From NCBI GenBank assembly GCA_963705165.1, contig CAVPJD010000024.1:96001-160000 (forward strand): a DNA stretch of 64,000 nucleotides, read 5' to 3'. Shown one piece after another: positions 18,190 to 28,290 of this stretch; the stretch's first letter is position 1, and the number at the start of each line of letters is the position of its first letter. The notes beneath the pieces are model-generated. The model was not told where the DNA came from. It made no database searches and saw only the letters and a program-made list of their open reading frames with translations. The position numbers and the translations under genes were made by a program. Source of the DNA: an uncultured delta proteobacterium (GTDB lineage Bacteria; Desulfobacterota; Syntrophia; Syntrophales; UBA2192).

Positions 18190-19047
18190 ATGTTCACAAT
18201 CATCGGATCCATCGTAGTTCTTGTTTGCGTCATCGGCGGGTTTGTGCTGGAGAAGGGCAATGTTGCCGTCCTGTTTCAGCCCGTCGAGCTGCTGATCATC
18301 TTCGGCTCCGCCATTGGAGGCTTCATCATCGCATCGCCCATGAAGGTCATGAAGGCCGTCATCGCGGGTCTCCTGAAAATGCTTACCGGCAAGGGGTTCA
18401 CGAAGGCCGACTACCTCGAGGCCCTCACGATGCTGGGCGAGGTCTTCTACAAGATCCGCAAGGAGGGTTTGGTCTCCGTCGAAGGCGACGTGGACAACCC
18501 CAAGGAGAGTGCGATCTTCACCAAGTACCCCCGGTTCTTCAAAAACCACCATGCACTCGATCTCGTCGTCGACACCCTTCGCACCGTCATGACGACCAAG
18601 ATCGAACCCAACGAGCTGGAGGCACTCATCGACGCGGAGCTGGAGAGCCACCACGAGGAACTGATGGCGCCGAGCAAGAGTGTGGCCACCGTGGCCGACT
18701 CGCTCCCGGGCCTCGGTATCGTTGCCGCCGTGCTGGGCATCGTCCTCACCATGGGAAAAATGAACGAGCCGCCGGCAGTCCTCGGCCAGAGCATCGGCGC
18801 GGCCCTCGTCGGCACCTTCCTGGGCGTTCTGTTGTGCTACGGCTTCGTGGGGCCCATGGCGAAGAACATGGAAGTTACCGCCTCGGAAGAGCTCCAGTAC
18901 CTCATGGTGCTCAAGATGGCCATCGTGGCCTTTGTCAGCGGCGCCGCACCGCAGGTGGCCGTCGAGTTCGGCCGGCGGGTTGTCCCTGCAGTCGACAAGC
19001 CCGCGTTTACGGAAGTTGAGGAAGCCCTCAGGAGAATCAAGAAGTAA
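18190..19047 (+). CDS. motA: Flagellar stator protein MotA
   Basis: QPVELLIIFG, PGLGIVAAVLG, ALVGTFLG, AVEFGRR. Confidence 0.93.
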   Translation: MFTIIGSIVVLVCVIGGFVLEKGNVAVLFQPVELLIIFGSAIGGFIIASPMKVMKAVIAGLLKMLTGKGFTKADYLEALTMLGEVFYKIRKEGLVSVEGDVDNPKESAIFTKYPRFFKNHHALDLVVDTLRTVMTTKIEPNELEALIDAELESHHEELMAPSKSVATVADSLPGLGIVAAVLGIVLTMGKMNEPPAVLGQSIGAALVGTFLGVLLCYGFVGPMAKNMEVTASEELQYLMVLKMAIVAFVSGAAPQVAVEFGRRVVPAVDKPAFTEVEEALRRIKK

Positions 19048-19988
19048 TGTCGGAAGCTATTCGCAAGGTCATCATCAAGAAGGTCAAGAAGAAGCACGGC
19101 GGGGGGCACCACGGCGGGTCGTGGAAGGTGGCCTACGCCGACTTCGTCACGGCCATGATGGCCTTCTTTCTTCTGCTGTGGCTGCTCTCCATGGTGTCTG
19201 ACGATAAGCGGATCGCCATGGCGGAGTACTTCAAGAGCTTCAGCCTCTTCAAGGAAAGCGGTACGAACTTCCTGCCCGGATCGGCCTTTGTCATCGCCGA
19301 CCACATCAAGAAGGCCGAGCTGAAACCCGAGAACGTCGCCGCGGCCCTGAAGAAGGCCATGAAGAAAAAGGGCGGCGGTGAGGGGGCAAGCGACCAGGTC
19401 CTCATCGATGCCATCGACGGCGGGGTCCGGATCCAGATCGTCGACAAGGAAGGCAGCCCCATGTTCCAGCTGGGAAGCGCCGAGCCTACGGAGAAGGCAA
19501 GGGAAATCCTGGCCAGCGTTGCCGAGGTGATCCGGGAGCAGGACGCAAAAATCGCCATCGAGGGACACACCGATGCAGCCCCCTTCCGCGGCGATCAGAT
19601 CACGAACTGGGAGCTTTCGACCAATCGCGCCTCTGCCGCAAGGCGAATGCTCGAGACCAACGGGCTTGACCCCTCGCGAGTGGCCCGCGTGGTGGGTTAC
19701 GCCGACACGGAGCTTCTCATCAAGGACCAGCCCAAGGACCCGCAGAACCGGCGGATCAGCATCATCTTGCTGCAGCCCAGGGACGGCCCCCCCGTGGCGC
19801 AGGGGTTGAAAAAGGACGTCCGGACCTCCTTCCAGCAGCCCCAGCCGGGTCAGCAGGCGCAGCCCGGCACATCAGAGCCGGCCGTAGAGGCCGCCGCCGA
19901 CAGGGAAAACGCCATGAAGCAGTCCTTCCAGGAAAAGAAGGTGGAGATGAAGAAGAAGAAGCGCGACATGGTGGGGCTCTGGGACTGA
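19047..19988 (+). CDS. motB: Flagellar stator protein MotB
   Basis: WKVAYADFVTAMMAFF; OmpA-like domain (EGHTD, NWELSTNRA, NRRISI). Confidence 0.93.
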   Translation: MSEAIRKVIIKKVKKKHGGGHHGGSWKVAYADFVTAMMAFFLLLWLLSMVSDDKRIAMAEYFKSFSLFKESGTNFLPGSAFVIADHIKKAELKPENVAAALKKAMKKKGGGEGASDQVLIDAIDGGVRIQIVDKEGSPMFQLGSAEPTEKAREILASVAEVIREQDAKIAIEGHTDAAPFRGDQITNWELSTNRASAARRMLETNGLDPSRVARVVGYADTELLIKDQPKDPQNRRISIILLQPRDGPPVAQGLKKDVRTSFQQPQPGQQAQPGTSEPAVEAAADRENAMKQSFQEKKVEMKKKKRDMVGLWD

Positions 19989-20030
19989 CGCAAAGCGTCA
20001 GTAGCCGACAGCCTGCAGATCGGGAATATA

Positions 20031-20072
20031 AAAAGGATCGGGAAAGCGAAATTCCCGATCCTTTTCTTTTTT
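20031..20072. terminator. Bidirectional intrinsic terminator
   Basis: AAAAGGATCGGGAA-AGCGAAA-TTCCCGATCCTTTT followed by a T-tract. Confidence 0.75.
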
Positions 20073-20190
20073 CCAACCGATACGTTTGTCCAACCAGGAG
20101 TCGAAATTCGACCCTTCACATCGTCAACAAACGACAAAGAGATCCCGAAAATTGAGGGATCCCTTTGTCGTGCCGCCAAAATCGGGTGAC

Positions 20191-20382
20191 TCAGCGATCC
20201 TGACCCCAGTACCACAAGATAACGGCAATACCGGAAATAACAGCGACGACGGGGCGGACAACCAGCACTTCCTGTGCGAGCATGGTCTCCGCAATGAAGA
20301 ACAGCGCCAGCGTGGCAATGACGGTCAGCCTGACGATTTCTCGGATGGATGTTGTTTCTCTATATTGCATGACCGGTATCAC
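20191..20382 (-). CDS. Small 2-TM membrane protein
   Basis: RBS GGGAGG; two hydrophobic stretches. Confidence 0.5.
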   Translation of the reverse strand: MIPVMQYRETTSIREIVRLTVIATLALFFIAETMLAQEVLVVRPVVAVISGIAVILWYWGQDR

Positions 20383-20400
20383 CTCCCCGGGATTTATTGA

Positions 20401-20583
20401 TCAAGTGTTCTGGAGATATGCCCAGGAGAATATCGAAAGACAGAAACCGATAACCGAGATGACTGCAAGCGACGGGTGACTGGCAAACTTGTCGAAGAAC
20501 GCACCGAGGATGATCAGCATGACCGAGACAATAAAAACGAGTTCGGCAATCATGTTCACAGCCGCCGGGAGTTTTCTTTTCAT
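20401..20583 (-). CDS. Small 2-TM membrane protein
   Basis: Basic N-terminus and two hydrophobic stretches; co-oriented with its neighbours. Confidence 0.5.
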   Translation of the reverse strand: MKRKLPAAVNMIAELVFIVSVMLIILGAFFDKFASHPSLAVISVIGFCLSIFSWAYLQNT

Positions 20584-20650
20584 GGCTTGAGCCTGCCTTT
20601 CATAGGCGCCTCCGCCGAATCGCTTTCATGCCCCTGAACGCAAGGGCATT

Positions 20651-21052
20651 TCAGCCGGCCCACGCCTGGCTGCCGCCTGCGGCGAAGGCATGCCGGGACG
20701 AGAACGTCCGGAACGGGCTTTCGATGGCCGACTGGAGCTCATCCAGCCCAAAAGGCTTGGGAAGACAGATGTCAGCGCCCGCATCTTCCATCTCTTTCAG
20801 GGCGGACAGGTCGCCGCTCATGCCAATAACATGAATGTCCGGTCGCTGCGCTTTCAAGAACTTGCATAGTTGTATTCCGTCAACCCGGGGCATGTCGGCG
20901 TCTGTCACAACAACGTCGTATCGGCCTTGCTGGAGGAGCATGATGGCGTCGAACCCGTCGCCTGCTTCATCGACCCCATGGCCGAAGAGGGCGATCATCG
21001 AAGACAAGATCTGCAGGATATCCGGATTGTCGTCCACGATCAGCAGTTTCAT
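20651..21052 (-). CDS. Single-domain response regulator (receiver)
   Basis: MKLLIVDD, TDADMP, KPF. Confidence 0.85.
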   Translation of the reverse strand: MKLLIVDDNPDILQILSSMIALFGHGVDEAGDGFDAIMLLQQGRYDVVVTDADMPRVDGIQLCKFLKAQRPDIHVIGMSGDLSALKEMEDAGADICLPKPFGLDELQSAIESPFRTFSSRHAFAAGGSQAWAG

Positions 21053-21225
21053 GGCATGGAATCCCCTCATAGTATGTGTGATCATACGCCGGTAAAAAGG
21101 GATTTCATATCGCGGGGACCCTGACAACTGGGGTCGAAATACCCGAATCGGGCCTCAGGAAAAGGTTATGTGGGCGTGTAAGCGGCGGATGGGCCCTGGG
21201 GCTGGAATTGCATGTTGATGGATGC

Positions 21226-21801
21226 TTATTTCCGCCCATTGTCCGGAAAGCGCGCAACGACGCTCAGATTTTCTCTATCGCGGCGCAGGATCAGGATCTC
21301 GCCCTCGGCGGGGAAGATACCCGTCAGGGCGGTGATGTTCACCTGGTGGGTCACGAGCACGACGGGCCGGCTCAGATTGGCCGAGGCGATCCATGCCCGC
21401 AGTGCCTCGGTCTGCCCACGCTCCCGGTCGGAGGCTTCGAAAAAGGAATTCAGCGGGGGCAGCTCGACGACGGGCCCCACGGCCAGCTCGCGCGCCGTCT
21501 CGAGGCAGCGGCACCACTGGCTGCTGTATACCTTGGTTTCCGCCAACCCCGCCTCGCGGAGCCGCCTCCCGATCCGGGCCGCCTGCTGCCTGCCCGCGTC
21601 GGAGAGGTTGCGCTGCGTGGAGCAATCCCCCAGCCGGAAATTCGGCGGATCGCCCGTACCGGGGGCCCGGGCATGGCGCAGCACAACCATGTGATCGGCT
21701 TTGCCGACCAGTTGCCTGAGATCAGGCTCCGCCGCCCCCGCCACCACGGCCAGACTGCAGAGCAAAAGAACGAAGGTCAACAGCTTTCGACAGGTGAGCA
21801 T
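21226..21801 (-). CDS. Secreted histidine phosphatase (phosphoglycerate mutase superfamily)
   Basis: Signal peptide, RHA, SSQWCRCLETA, LVTHQVN. Confidence 0.85.
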   Translation of the reverse strand: MLTCRKLLTFVLLLCSLAVVAGAAEPDLRQLVGKADHMVVLRHARAPGTGDPPNFRLGDCSTQRNLSDAGRQQAARIGRRLREAGLAETKVYSSQWCRCLETARELAVGPVVELPPLNSFFEASDRERGQTEALRAWIASANLSRPVVLVTHQVNITALTGIFPAEGEILILRRDRENLSVVARFPDNGRK

Positions 21802-21838
21802 GATGGTATTCCCGTTTGCTGCGCAATTTGAAATGCGC

Positions 21839-22909
21839 CTACTTCACCGTTGCGGGAAGAAACTTGAAGGGTTCCGCAGGCTGGAACTTTTCAGCGGCAT
21901 TGCCGGCAAAGATGGCGCCGCCAGTCAGCGTGAGCTTCTTCGTCGGCTTGCCTTCGGCGAAATCCATGTCGGCCAGGTTCACCCAGAACACGTTCGGGCT
22001 GCGAGCGGATTCATAGAAATAGCGCTTGTACTTGTGATCGGCCACCGTGCGCCAGATCGTCGATGAGATGTTGGGCTGTCCGGGCGTGGTGATCCCCAAG
22101 GGCACCGACACATTTCGAATCACCGAAAAGGCGCTGGCGACGGCTTCAGCGTTATCTGACGTCTTTGGAATCGCATCGATATAGAACGCGGCCCGGACGA
22201 ACCGATCGGCCGAGCGATTGGTGCCCGGCAACATCGTGGTTCCACCGATTTCCTTCCAGTAGGCGTTGAGGGCAAGCTGTCGAGAAAACGTCGGCGAGTT
22301 CGCCATCACTTGATATTCCCGGCCATGGTAAATAACCAGCCGTCCGTCAAGGTATTGAAAGATAGCGGAGTCGCCTGTGGCATCGGAAATTGACAGGTGC
22401 ATCTGTCCGGGCTGTCCGTCCGGTGTCATTGTCGGAATGACATAAAACGGTTCTTGACGCAAAGCCTCCACCGCCTCTGCGACCGTGGCAAAGTTGTCCA
22501 GCACATATTGCGGCCATACAGAAATGGACAGGGGTTTTCGCTTGTCATTGTCGGCAGGCTTGACAAATTCGGATTCAACCAGATAGAGCATGTTGGCGAC
22601 CAGGCCCTTCTCGTTCATGCCATCCGCCGTGCCAACGTCCCATCCGGCCGCCACCAGACTGCCATATTTCGAAGTCCAGCGAATGGAGTTCGGTCCAGCG
22701 GCGCCGTCGCGGTTCAGGCCGCGAGGGAAAGCCCAAAGGTTGGTTTTCGTGTCTCCTTTCCAGTCCATGCTCCTCACGGTAATGATCGTATCTTCCGGGC
22801 CGAGGTAGACCGCCCGGGTACAGGCATCCGTCTGCTGCACGGGCATACCAACAATGACCAGGGCAGCCAGCATGCCGAACAGGACACATTGAATCGTGAT
22901 TTTCTTCAT
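21839..22909 (-). CDS. Secreted linear amide C-N hydrolase (choloylglycine hydrolase/penicillin V acylase family)
   Basis: Signal peptide then nucleophile CTRAVY; RSMDW, DGMNEKGL, NSP, DRFVRA. Confidence 0.92.
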   Translation of the reverse strand: MKKITIQCVLFGMLAALVIVGMPVQQTDACTRAVYLGPEDTIITVRSMDWKGDTKTNLWAFPRGLNRDGAAGPNSIRWTSKYGSLVAAGWDVGTADGMNEKGLVANMLYLVESEFVKPADNDKRKPLSISVWPQYVLDNFATVAEAVEALRQEPFYVIPTMTPDGQPGQMHLSISDATGDSAIFQYLDGRLVIYHGREYQVMANSPTFSRQLALNAYWKEIGGTTMLPGTNRSADRFVRAAFYIDAIPKTSDNAEAVASAFSVIRNVSVPLGITTPGQPNISSTIWRTVADHKYKRYFYESARSPNVFWVNLADMDFAEGKPTKKLTLTGGAIFAGNAAEKFQPAEPFKFLPATVK

Positions 22910-23029
22910 TGCCTTTTCTCCTTTCCTCTGTTCTGTAACGAGCACGCCGGATGATCCGGATAGCGCTCGAACTTCTGAACTTCAAATCGTTATTTGAGGG
23001 TTTTGGGGGTTAATCCATCGCAGGGGCCG

Positions 23030-23835
23030 TCAAGGACCGGGAGAGGCGGAAGACAGGCCCGGGAGAGGCCGTCTTTTCTGCAACATGCGCAAGATCCAGT
23101 AGGCACCGACTGCGGCCGCCAGATGCTTCAGGGTGTGGCCGCTTACGATGTGCCCCATTGCGAAAATCTGATCGTCAAAAATCTCCAGGACTTTCGCGAG
23201 GGCATAGAGACCCGCCACAACCGCCAGATCCGATCCTCGCGTGTAGCGCTGCGGCATGAAAAGCGCGATCACCAGCACGAGAACCGAATACAACTGCACC
23301 GCGGCATAAAAGCGCAAATCGCCGGCACCGCGCACTTCGCTCATGTACCAGTGCAACACGCTGCCCATCCCGATGAGCAGAAGGATCGGCAACAACCAGA
23401 GACCGGCTCGCAGACTGATGCGCTCCGCGATTACGGCCGCTACCAGCGACATGAACGCTATCGCCATCGGCAATCTGTCCCACACGAGCGATGGGTTGCT
23501 TGGATGAAGATGATAGTGCCAGGAACCGAGTCCTGTAAGCAGCGATCCCGGCGAAAACAAACAGGTATGGCCATCGCTCCCGCCTGTCAAGAAAATGTCT
23601 TGGAATCTGTTCGGGGGTCGAGTCGCAACAGGAATGCCAGACCCCACAATCCAAATACTGCGAAGGCCAGATTGGATACCACGTCACCGATATGAGGCAA
23701 GCCCAGGAAACTTCGCTGGTCTGCGAACTGGTGATATTCCTGCGGCTGCGGAATTCGCGGCAACAAGAGCGCGGCCACAGCCAGAATGGCCGTGACGGCA
23801 AGCAGCAGCATCACGCTGGCCCTGCGCGAGATCAT
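23030..23835 (-). pseudogene. Alkaline ceramidase-like (CREST) membrane hydrolase, two frameshifts
   Basis: YHQFADQR..SN (frame 1), ERWPYLFVFAG (frame 2), GSWHYH, WDRLPM, SGHTLKH (frame 3); shifts at about 23620 and 23545. Confidence 0.8.
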
Positions 23836-23885
23836 GTTCCCCCCTTTCTCTTTGCGTCACGCCCGAAGCGGCGGCCCGTTCGTAA

Positions 23886-25028
23886 TTACGGTGTCACGAT
23901 CCGAGTCTCGACGATCAGGTCCAGCACATAGAGGGTCGGGGAGACCCCGGGACTCGCGGCGGGGCGGTTGAACCGCTTGACCCGCAAGACGTTGCTTTCG
24001 CCTTCCCTGTGGGTGAAGCCCTCGATATTTTCGTGAAGAGTCCGCCATGCTCCCGGTTCTCCGACGGCAAGCCCCTGCGCGTCAAAATGCCGGTCGCGGA
24101 CTTGAAGACAGCGGGTGTTCGGGGGCGGAGGATCTGTGCACGCCACGTGGCGGGCGGCGACCTCAAGAAAGATGAGCGTCGCAGGTCCGTAAAGGGCTTC
24201 CGGCGTGGCCTGGCCGGTGAATGTCAACGTCTCCTTAGACGCCGAAACCAGTCGCAGCCGAGAGATGGGGGCACGGTCCAGCTCGACCTGCAGGGGCTTG
24301 GCCAGCAGGCCGGACAGGGCGGCATCGGCCAGCATCAGCTCCGGAGCGCAGGCCATATTCGTGGAAGCCATGCCGCTCACCGTGAGCTGTTGCGCGGCAC
24401 TGATCCGGTAGGACCCCATCATCCGGTTGCAGGGCCCCTGTATGCCGAGCCTGGCGCCGGAAAATTCGAACACGACGGGGCGGTCCTTACGTGGAGACAG
24501 GGCCTCGATGGCCCTGTTTTGGCCGTCGGTGGCGGACTCGAGGCTCCATCGATAGCGCTCGAGCGTCTGCACGAGGCCGTCCGTTGCCTCTGTTTTCGGG
24601 ACGAGAGTCAGCACCGCGTTGGGCACCGGCGTTCCCGCAGGCCCCCCCTCGGGGTGGAGCAAAAGGAGCCGGCCCTCGCCCACGGCAAACTGCTGCCCGC
24701 CGCCGGGCTCGTCGAGCCTGATGGCGTTTCCGCTCGATTGCCATGCGAAGCTCCCGCGCACAGTCCGTGCCGCTTCCTGCCGCCCCACAGGCAGGGTCAC
24801 GCGTTCGTACGTGCCGTCCCGGTTGAGCGTCAGCCGGGTCTTGACGCCGGCACGGTCTGCGCCCGGCAGGATCCCCTCGTAGATGCCCGCCCAGTCGAGC
24901 GAGTTGCGGCTTGTGTGCATATCGACAGGTTTCGCCGTCACCGGCTCCGGCGGCACCGCCCTCTCCATCGGCTGTGCGCAGGCGCACAGGGCCGCGGCCA
25001 GAATAAACGCTGTGAGCAAGGCTTTCAT
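23886..25028 (-). CDS. Lipoprotein with NlpE-N, META and DUF4377 domains
   Basis: Lipobox LCAC, SLDWAGIYEGILP, GPCNRMMG...STNMAC, CLQVR...IEGF. Confidence 0.85.
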   Translation of the reverse strand: MKALLTAFILAAALCACAQPMERAVPPEPVTAKPVDMHTSRNSLDWAGIYEGILPGADRAGVKTRLTLNRDGTYERVTLPVGRQEAARTVRGSFAWQSSGNAIRLDEPGGGQQFAVGEGRLLLLHPEGGPAGTPVPNAVLTLVPKTEATDGLVQTLERYRWSLESATDGQNRAIEALSPRKDRPVVFEFSGARLGIQGPCNRMMGSYRISAAQQLTVSGMASTNMACAPELMLADAALSGLLAKPLQVELDRAPISRLRLVSASKETLTFTGQATPEALYGPATLIFLEVAARHVACTDPPPPNTRCLQVRDRHFDAQGLAVGEPGAWRTLHENIEGFTHREGESNVLRVKRFNRPAASPGVSPTLYVLDLIVETRIVTP

Positions 25029-25588
25029 GGGATCCTCCAGTATCTGAAATTGATTTGAACATCGCCGTCTGATCATCCGGCCATTTCTTACCGCCCTCGA
25101 CAAGTTCTGTATTTTACGTCGAAATCGACAATTTGACAATCTGCGAATTCGAGGGATGGTAAAAAATTATCGTCGCACCCCCCCCGGTGCGACCATCATC
25201 GACGAGATCACGCCGATAGGGTATTTTCCAGAGGCACGTCCCGCATGGGCCACGCAGCTCGATCAGCGGGCTCGAAGATCGTCCCATGGTCCACGCCGCG
25301 TGCCGAGACGATGAAGCCGATGCCAGGATGACGGCCTGGCGTCGTGATGCCGAGCACTTGACAGGCATGGAATAGCCGCTGTATAAGAACGGTGCGGATC
25401 CAAGCTCGCTCGATGACACGGGTCGGCCTGCAATAAACGATTCCCTGTCACCTGTTGTCGACCCCGGGAGCCTGCCTCCGCAAGCTTGCTGCCATGCTCG
25501 TCAACATTGTACCGGATCCGTCGAGAAGACGAATACCGCCCGGGCGCCGGGTTTGAAACGGCGCCGATCGGGTGAATAAGGAGATGTC

Positions 25589-26785
25589 ATGACCCGCTTC
25601 AAACGACGCGTGCTGATCGGCATGGGGTTGAGCGTGGTGGTTTTGGTGGGGGCGGGGGTCTGGTTCTACTACGTCTATTTTGCTTCGACGAGCTACTCGT
25701 TGCAGCGCGCCGAGGCCTTTTTGTTCCGGCGCATGCAGGTCGCCCAACTGAGCCAGCAGGGGGAGTATCGGTTTTTCTTCGTCACGAACCGCCGCCTGGA
25801 AAGCAACACCGGGCCGCTCGAGGAGCGTTTCGGGACAGAACGCCAGGAAACCCTCACGTTCGGATACTTCGATGTCAAGATTGAACCCTCGCTGGGCCTG
25901 GGCATGCTCATCAACCCGACCGAGTGGTTCCAGAATGAGGAAATCAAGCTCAAGGCGGTGCAGGAGCTGGATCCCGATGCCTTTGTCGCGCAGGTGCAAG
26001 AGCGCGTCAAAGAATCTCCGCACCGGTCGTTGCTGGTCGTCGTGCACGGTTTCAGGGAGGCGTTCCCCTCCGGCCTGCGAAAGACCGCTTTCCTCGGCCA
26101 CGTGCTGGACATCAACTCGCCGGTCCTCCTGTTCGACTGGCCCGGCAACCAGGGCAGCTCGCCGAACGGCTACCTGCGCGCGCGCCGGGTCGCCGAAGCG
26201 TCCGGGGCGGACCTGGCCCGCACCCTGGAGCTGACCATCCGGGACATCCGGCCCGAGAGGCTGTGGCTGATCGCCAACAGCATGGGAGCCCAGGTCCTCG
26301 TCAATGCCTTCCGCCTGCTCTACGAGCGGACGGGCCTGGCCGACGCCAAGACCGAGATCGAAGACGTCGTGCTGACCGCGCCGGACGTCGATTACAACGA
26401 GTTCAACGACCAGTTCAAGCATGCGCTCAAGGCCCTGGCCCGCAAAACCACCATCTACGTCTCCTCCAACGACAGGGCCTTGCTGGCAAGCCGCCTTCTC
26501 AATCGGGAACGACGGCGCGGCGAGAGCACCCTCAGCCCGCGCCAGTTGGATAATGCCGTGCGCGTGACGGACTCGATCGATCCGGACAGCGAGGATGTGA
26601 CCGTGGTGGATGTGACACCGGTGAACCGCACGCGCAATTTCCACAATTTCAGCCTGGAAACGCCGGAGTTTTTCGACGATCTATTCCTGCGGCTTACCAA
26701 CGTCGAGACTCCCCGGAGCCGACTGATCTATCCGGTCGAAGCACCCAATGGCACGGTTTACTGGGTCCTGACGCGAGGCCGCTGA
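25589..26785 (+). CDS. Membrane-anchored alpha/beta hydrolase (DUF900-like)
   Basis: FFVTNR, VHGF, FDWP, ANSMG, APDVD, NDRAL. Confidence 0.85.
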   Translation: MTRFKRRVLIGMGLSVVVLVGAGVWFYYVYFASTSYSLQRAEAFLFRRMQVAQLSQQGEYRFFFVTNRRLESNTGPLEERFGTERQETLTFGYFDVKIEPSLGLGMLINPTEWFQNEEIKLKAVQELDPDAFVAQVQERVKESPHRSLLVVVHGFREAFPSGLRKTAFLGHVLDINSPVLLFDWPGNQGSSPNGYLRARRVAEASGADLARTLELTIRDIRPERLWLIANSMGAQVLVNAFRLLYERTGLADAKTEIEDVVLTAPDVDYNEFNDQFKHALKALARKTTIYVSSNDRALLASRLLNRERRRGESTLSPRQLDNAVRVTDSIDPDSEDVTVVDVTPVNRTRNFHNFSLETPEFFDDLFLRLTNVETPRSRLIYPVEAPNGTVYWVLTRGR

Positions 26786-26799
26786 CCGGGGGGGAACAC

Positions 26800-28290
26800 A
26801 TGAGACCTATCGCTCGAATCGTCAAACGTCTGCCGTCTTATCTCAAATGGGGCGTCCTCGGTCTTCTGCTGGGCGCCAGCGTGATTTTCATCAAGGGATG
26901 CGGGGGCCTGCCCCTGCAGCCCTGGCACACCGAAAAGCTGACGGAGGAATTCACCGCAGACAAGGCCGATAAGGTCCGAAGCTTCGAGGACTACCTGCGG
27001 TTGGAAGATCGGCTGTTCGCGCAGCTGGAGGAAGAAGTCTACGCGCGCACCGAAACCGGGCCTGCCCATAAGCTCGAGCGCTACAGCAAGGGCAGCGCCG
27101 CCGACCCGCAGGGCCGCCAGCCCAACTGGAACCACAGCTTCGAGTTGACTGCCGACGCGCCTGCCGGCGGTGTATTGCTCCTGCACGGGATGTCGGATTC
27201 GCCTTACAGCCTCAGGGCCCTGGGCCAAACACTGAATCAGCGCAAGTTCTGGGTAATCGGTCTGCGGCTGCCCGGCCACGGCACGGCGCCCTCGGGACTT
27301 CTCAGCGTCCAGTGGGAGGACATGGCCGCCGCGGTGCATCTGAGCATGAAACACCTTGCGGCGAAGGTGGGGCAAAAACCGATCCACATGATCGGCTATT
27401 CGACCGGGGCGCCTCTGGCCCTGGACTTCACCCTCAACGCGCTGGAAGGAAAGACAACGCCGGTGCCGGCCAGCCTGGTGCTGATCTCTCCGGCCATCGG
27501 CCTCCACCCGGCAGCGGCGCTGGCCGTGTGGAAGCGCCGGCTGGGCATGTTGCCGGGTCTGGGCAACCTCGCCTGGCTGCAGGTTCTGCCGGAATTCGAC
27601 CCGTACAAATACAACTCCTTCACAACCAATGCCGGCGAACAGGTTCACCGACTGACGCGATCCGTGGCCAGCCGCGTCGAGAGCCGGTCCCGGTCCCATC
27701 CGACCATGGTTTTGCCGCCGACGCTGGTGCTCAAATCGAACGCGGACTCAACTGTGTCGACGGATGCCGTGGTGGACCGGCTGCTTCGTCTTCTGGACCC
27801 CCACCGCCATGAACTCGTGCTGTTCGACATCAACCGTTTCTCCGCCAAGTCCATCCTGCTGGTCGCCGACCCGCGCGAACTGACAAACCGGGTGATGGGC
27901 GACAACAGCCTGCCGTTCGCCGTGACCCTCGTCACCAATAAGAGCCCGGAGAGCCTCGCGGTCGTCGCCCGCCGCCAGGCGCCATTCTCGGCCGAGGTGT
28001 CGAAGACCGAGCCGCTGGACGTCGTCTGGCCGGCGGGGGTGATCTCGTTATCCCATGTGGCGCTCCCCATCCCGCCGGACGATCCTCTCTACGGTCGGCG
28101 CCCTCCCGACAACGCAGACGTTCTCTTTCTCGGAGAGATGGCCGTTCTGGGCGAGCGGGGCTTGTTCATAGTCCCTTACGACTGGCTTCTGCGCATACGG
28201 AACAACCCGTTTTACGCCTACCTTGAGGTACGGGTGCTGGCGTGGGTGGATAGCGCGAATGTTTCCGGAAACGGCAGCACGGGATTTTGA
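26800..28290 (+). CDS. Alpha/beta hydrolase (lysophospholipase-like)
   Basis: LLHGMSDSPYS, PGHGT, GYSTG nucleophile elbow, LSHVA. Confidence 0.85.
   Translation: MRPIARIVKRLPSYLKWGVLGLLLGASVIFIKGCGGLPLQPWHTEKLTEEFTADKADKVRSFEDYLRLEDRLFAQLEEEVYARTETGPAHKLERYSKGSAADPQGRQPNWNHSFELTADAPAGGVLLLHGMSDSPYSLRALGQTLNQRKFWVIGLRLPGHGTAPSGLLSVQWEDMAAAVHLSMKHLAAKVGQKPIHMIGYSTGAPLALDFTLNALEGKTTPVPASLVLISPAIGLHPAAALAVWKRRLGMLPGLGNLAWLQVLPEFDPYKYNSFTTNAGEQVHRLTRSVASRVESRSRSHPTMVLPPTLVLKSNADSTVSTDAVVDRLLRLLDPHRHELVLFDINRFSAKSILLVADPRELTNRVMGDNSLPFAVTLVTNKSPESLAVVARRQAPFSAEVSKTEPLDVVWPAGVISLSHVALPIPPDDPLYGRRPPDNADVLFLGEMAVLGERGLFIVPYDWLLRIRNNPFYAYLEVRVLAWVDSANVSGNGSTGF

Noticed and set aside
18190..19988. motA/motB as Zorya ZorA/ZorB anti-phage genes
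   Set aside because: MotA is canonical length with no long cytoplasmic tail, MotB has the flagellar WKVAYADF motif, and no zorC/D/E is adjacent.
19984..20002. GACGCAAAGC as part of a c-di-GMP-I riboswitch
   Set aside because: It is a simple hairpin (ACTGACGC-AAA-GCGTCAGT) over the motB stop codon; the upstream GGCAAA/GAAA stem is missing.
25200..25420. Minus-strand peptide LGITTPG identical to a stretch of the nearby Ntn hydrolase
   Set aside because: The flanks do not align convincingly and there is no start context; probably chance. A significant tBLASTn hit would revive it.
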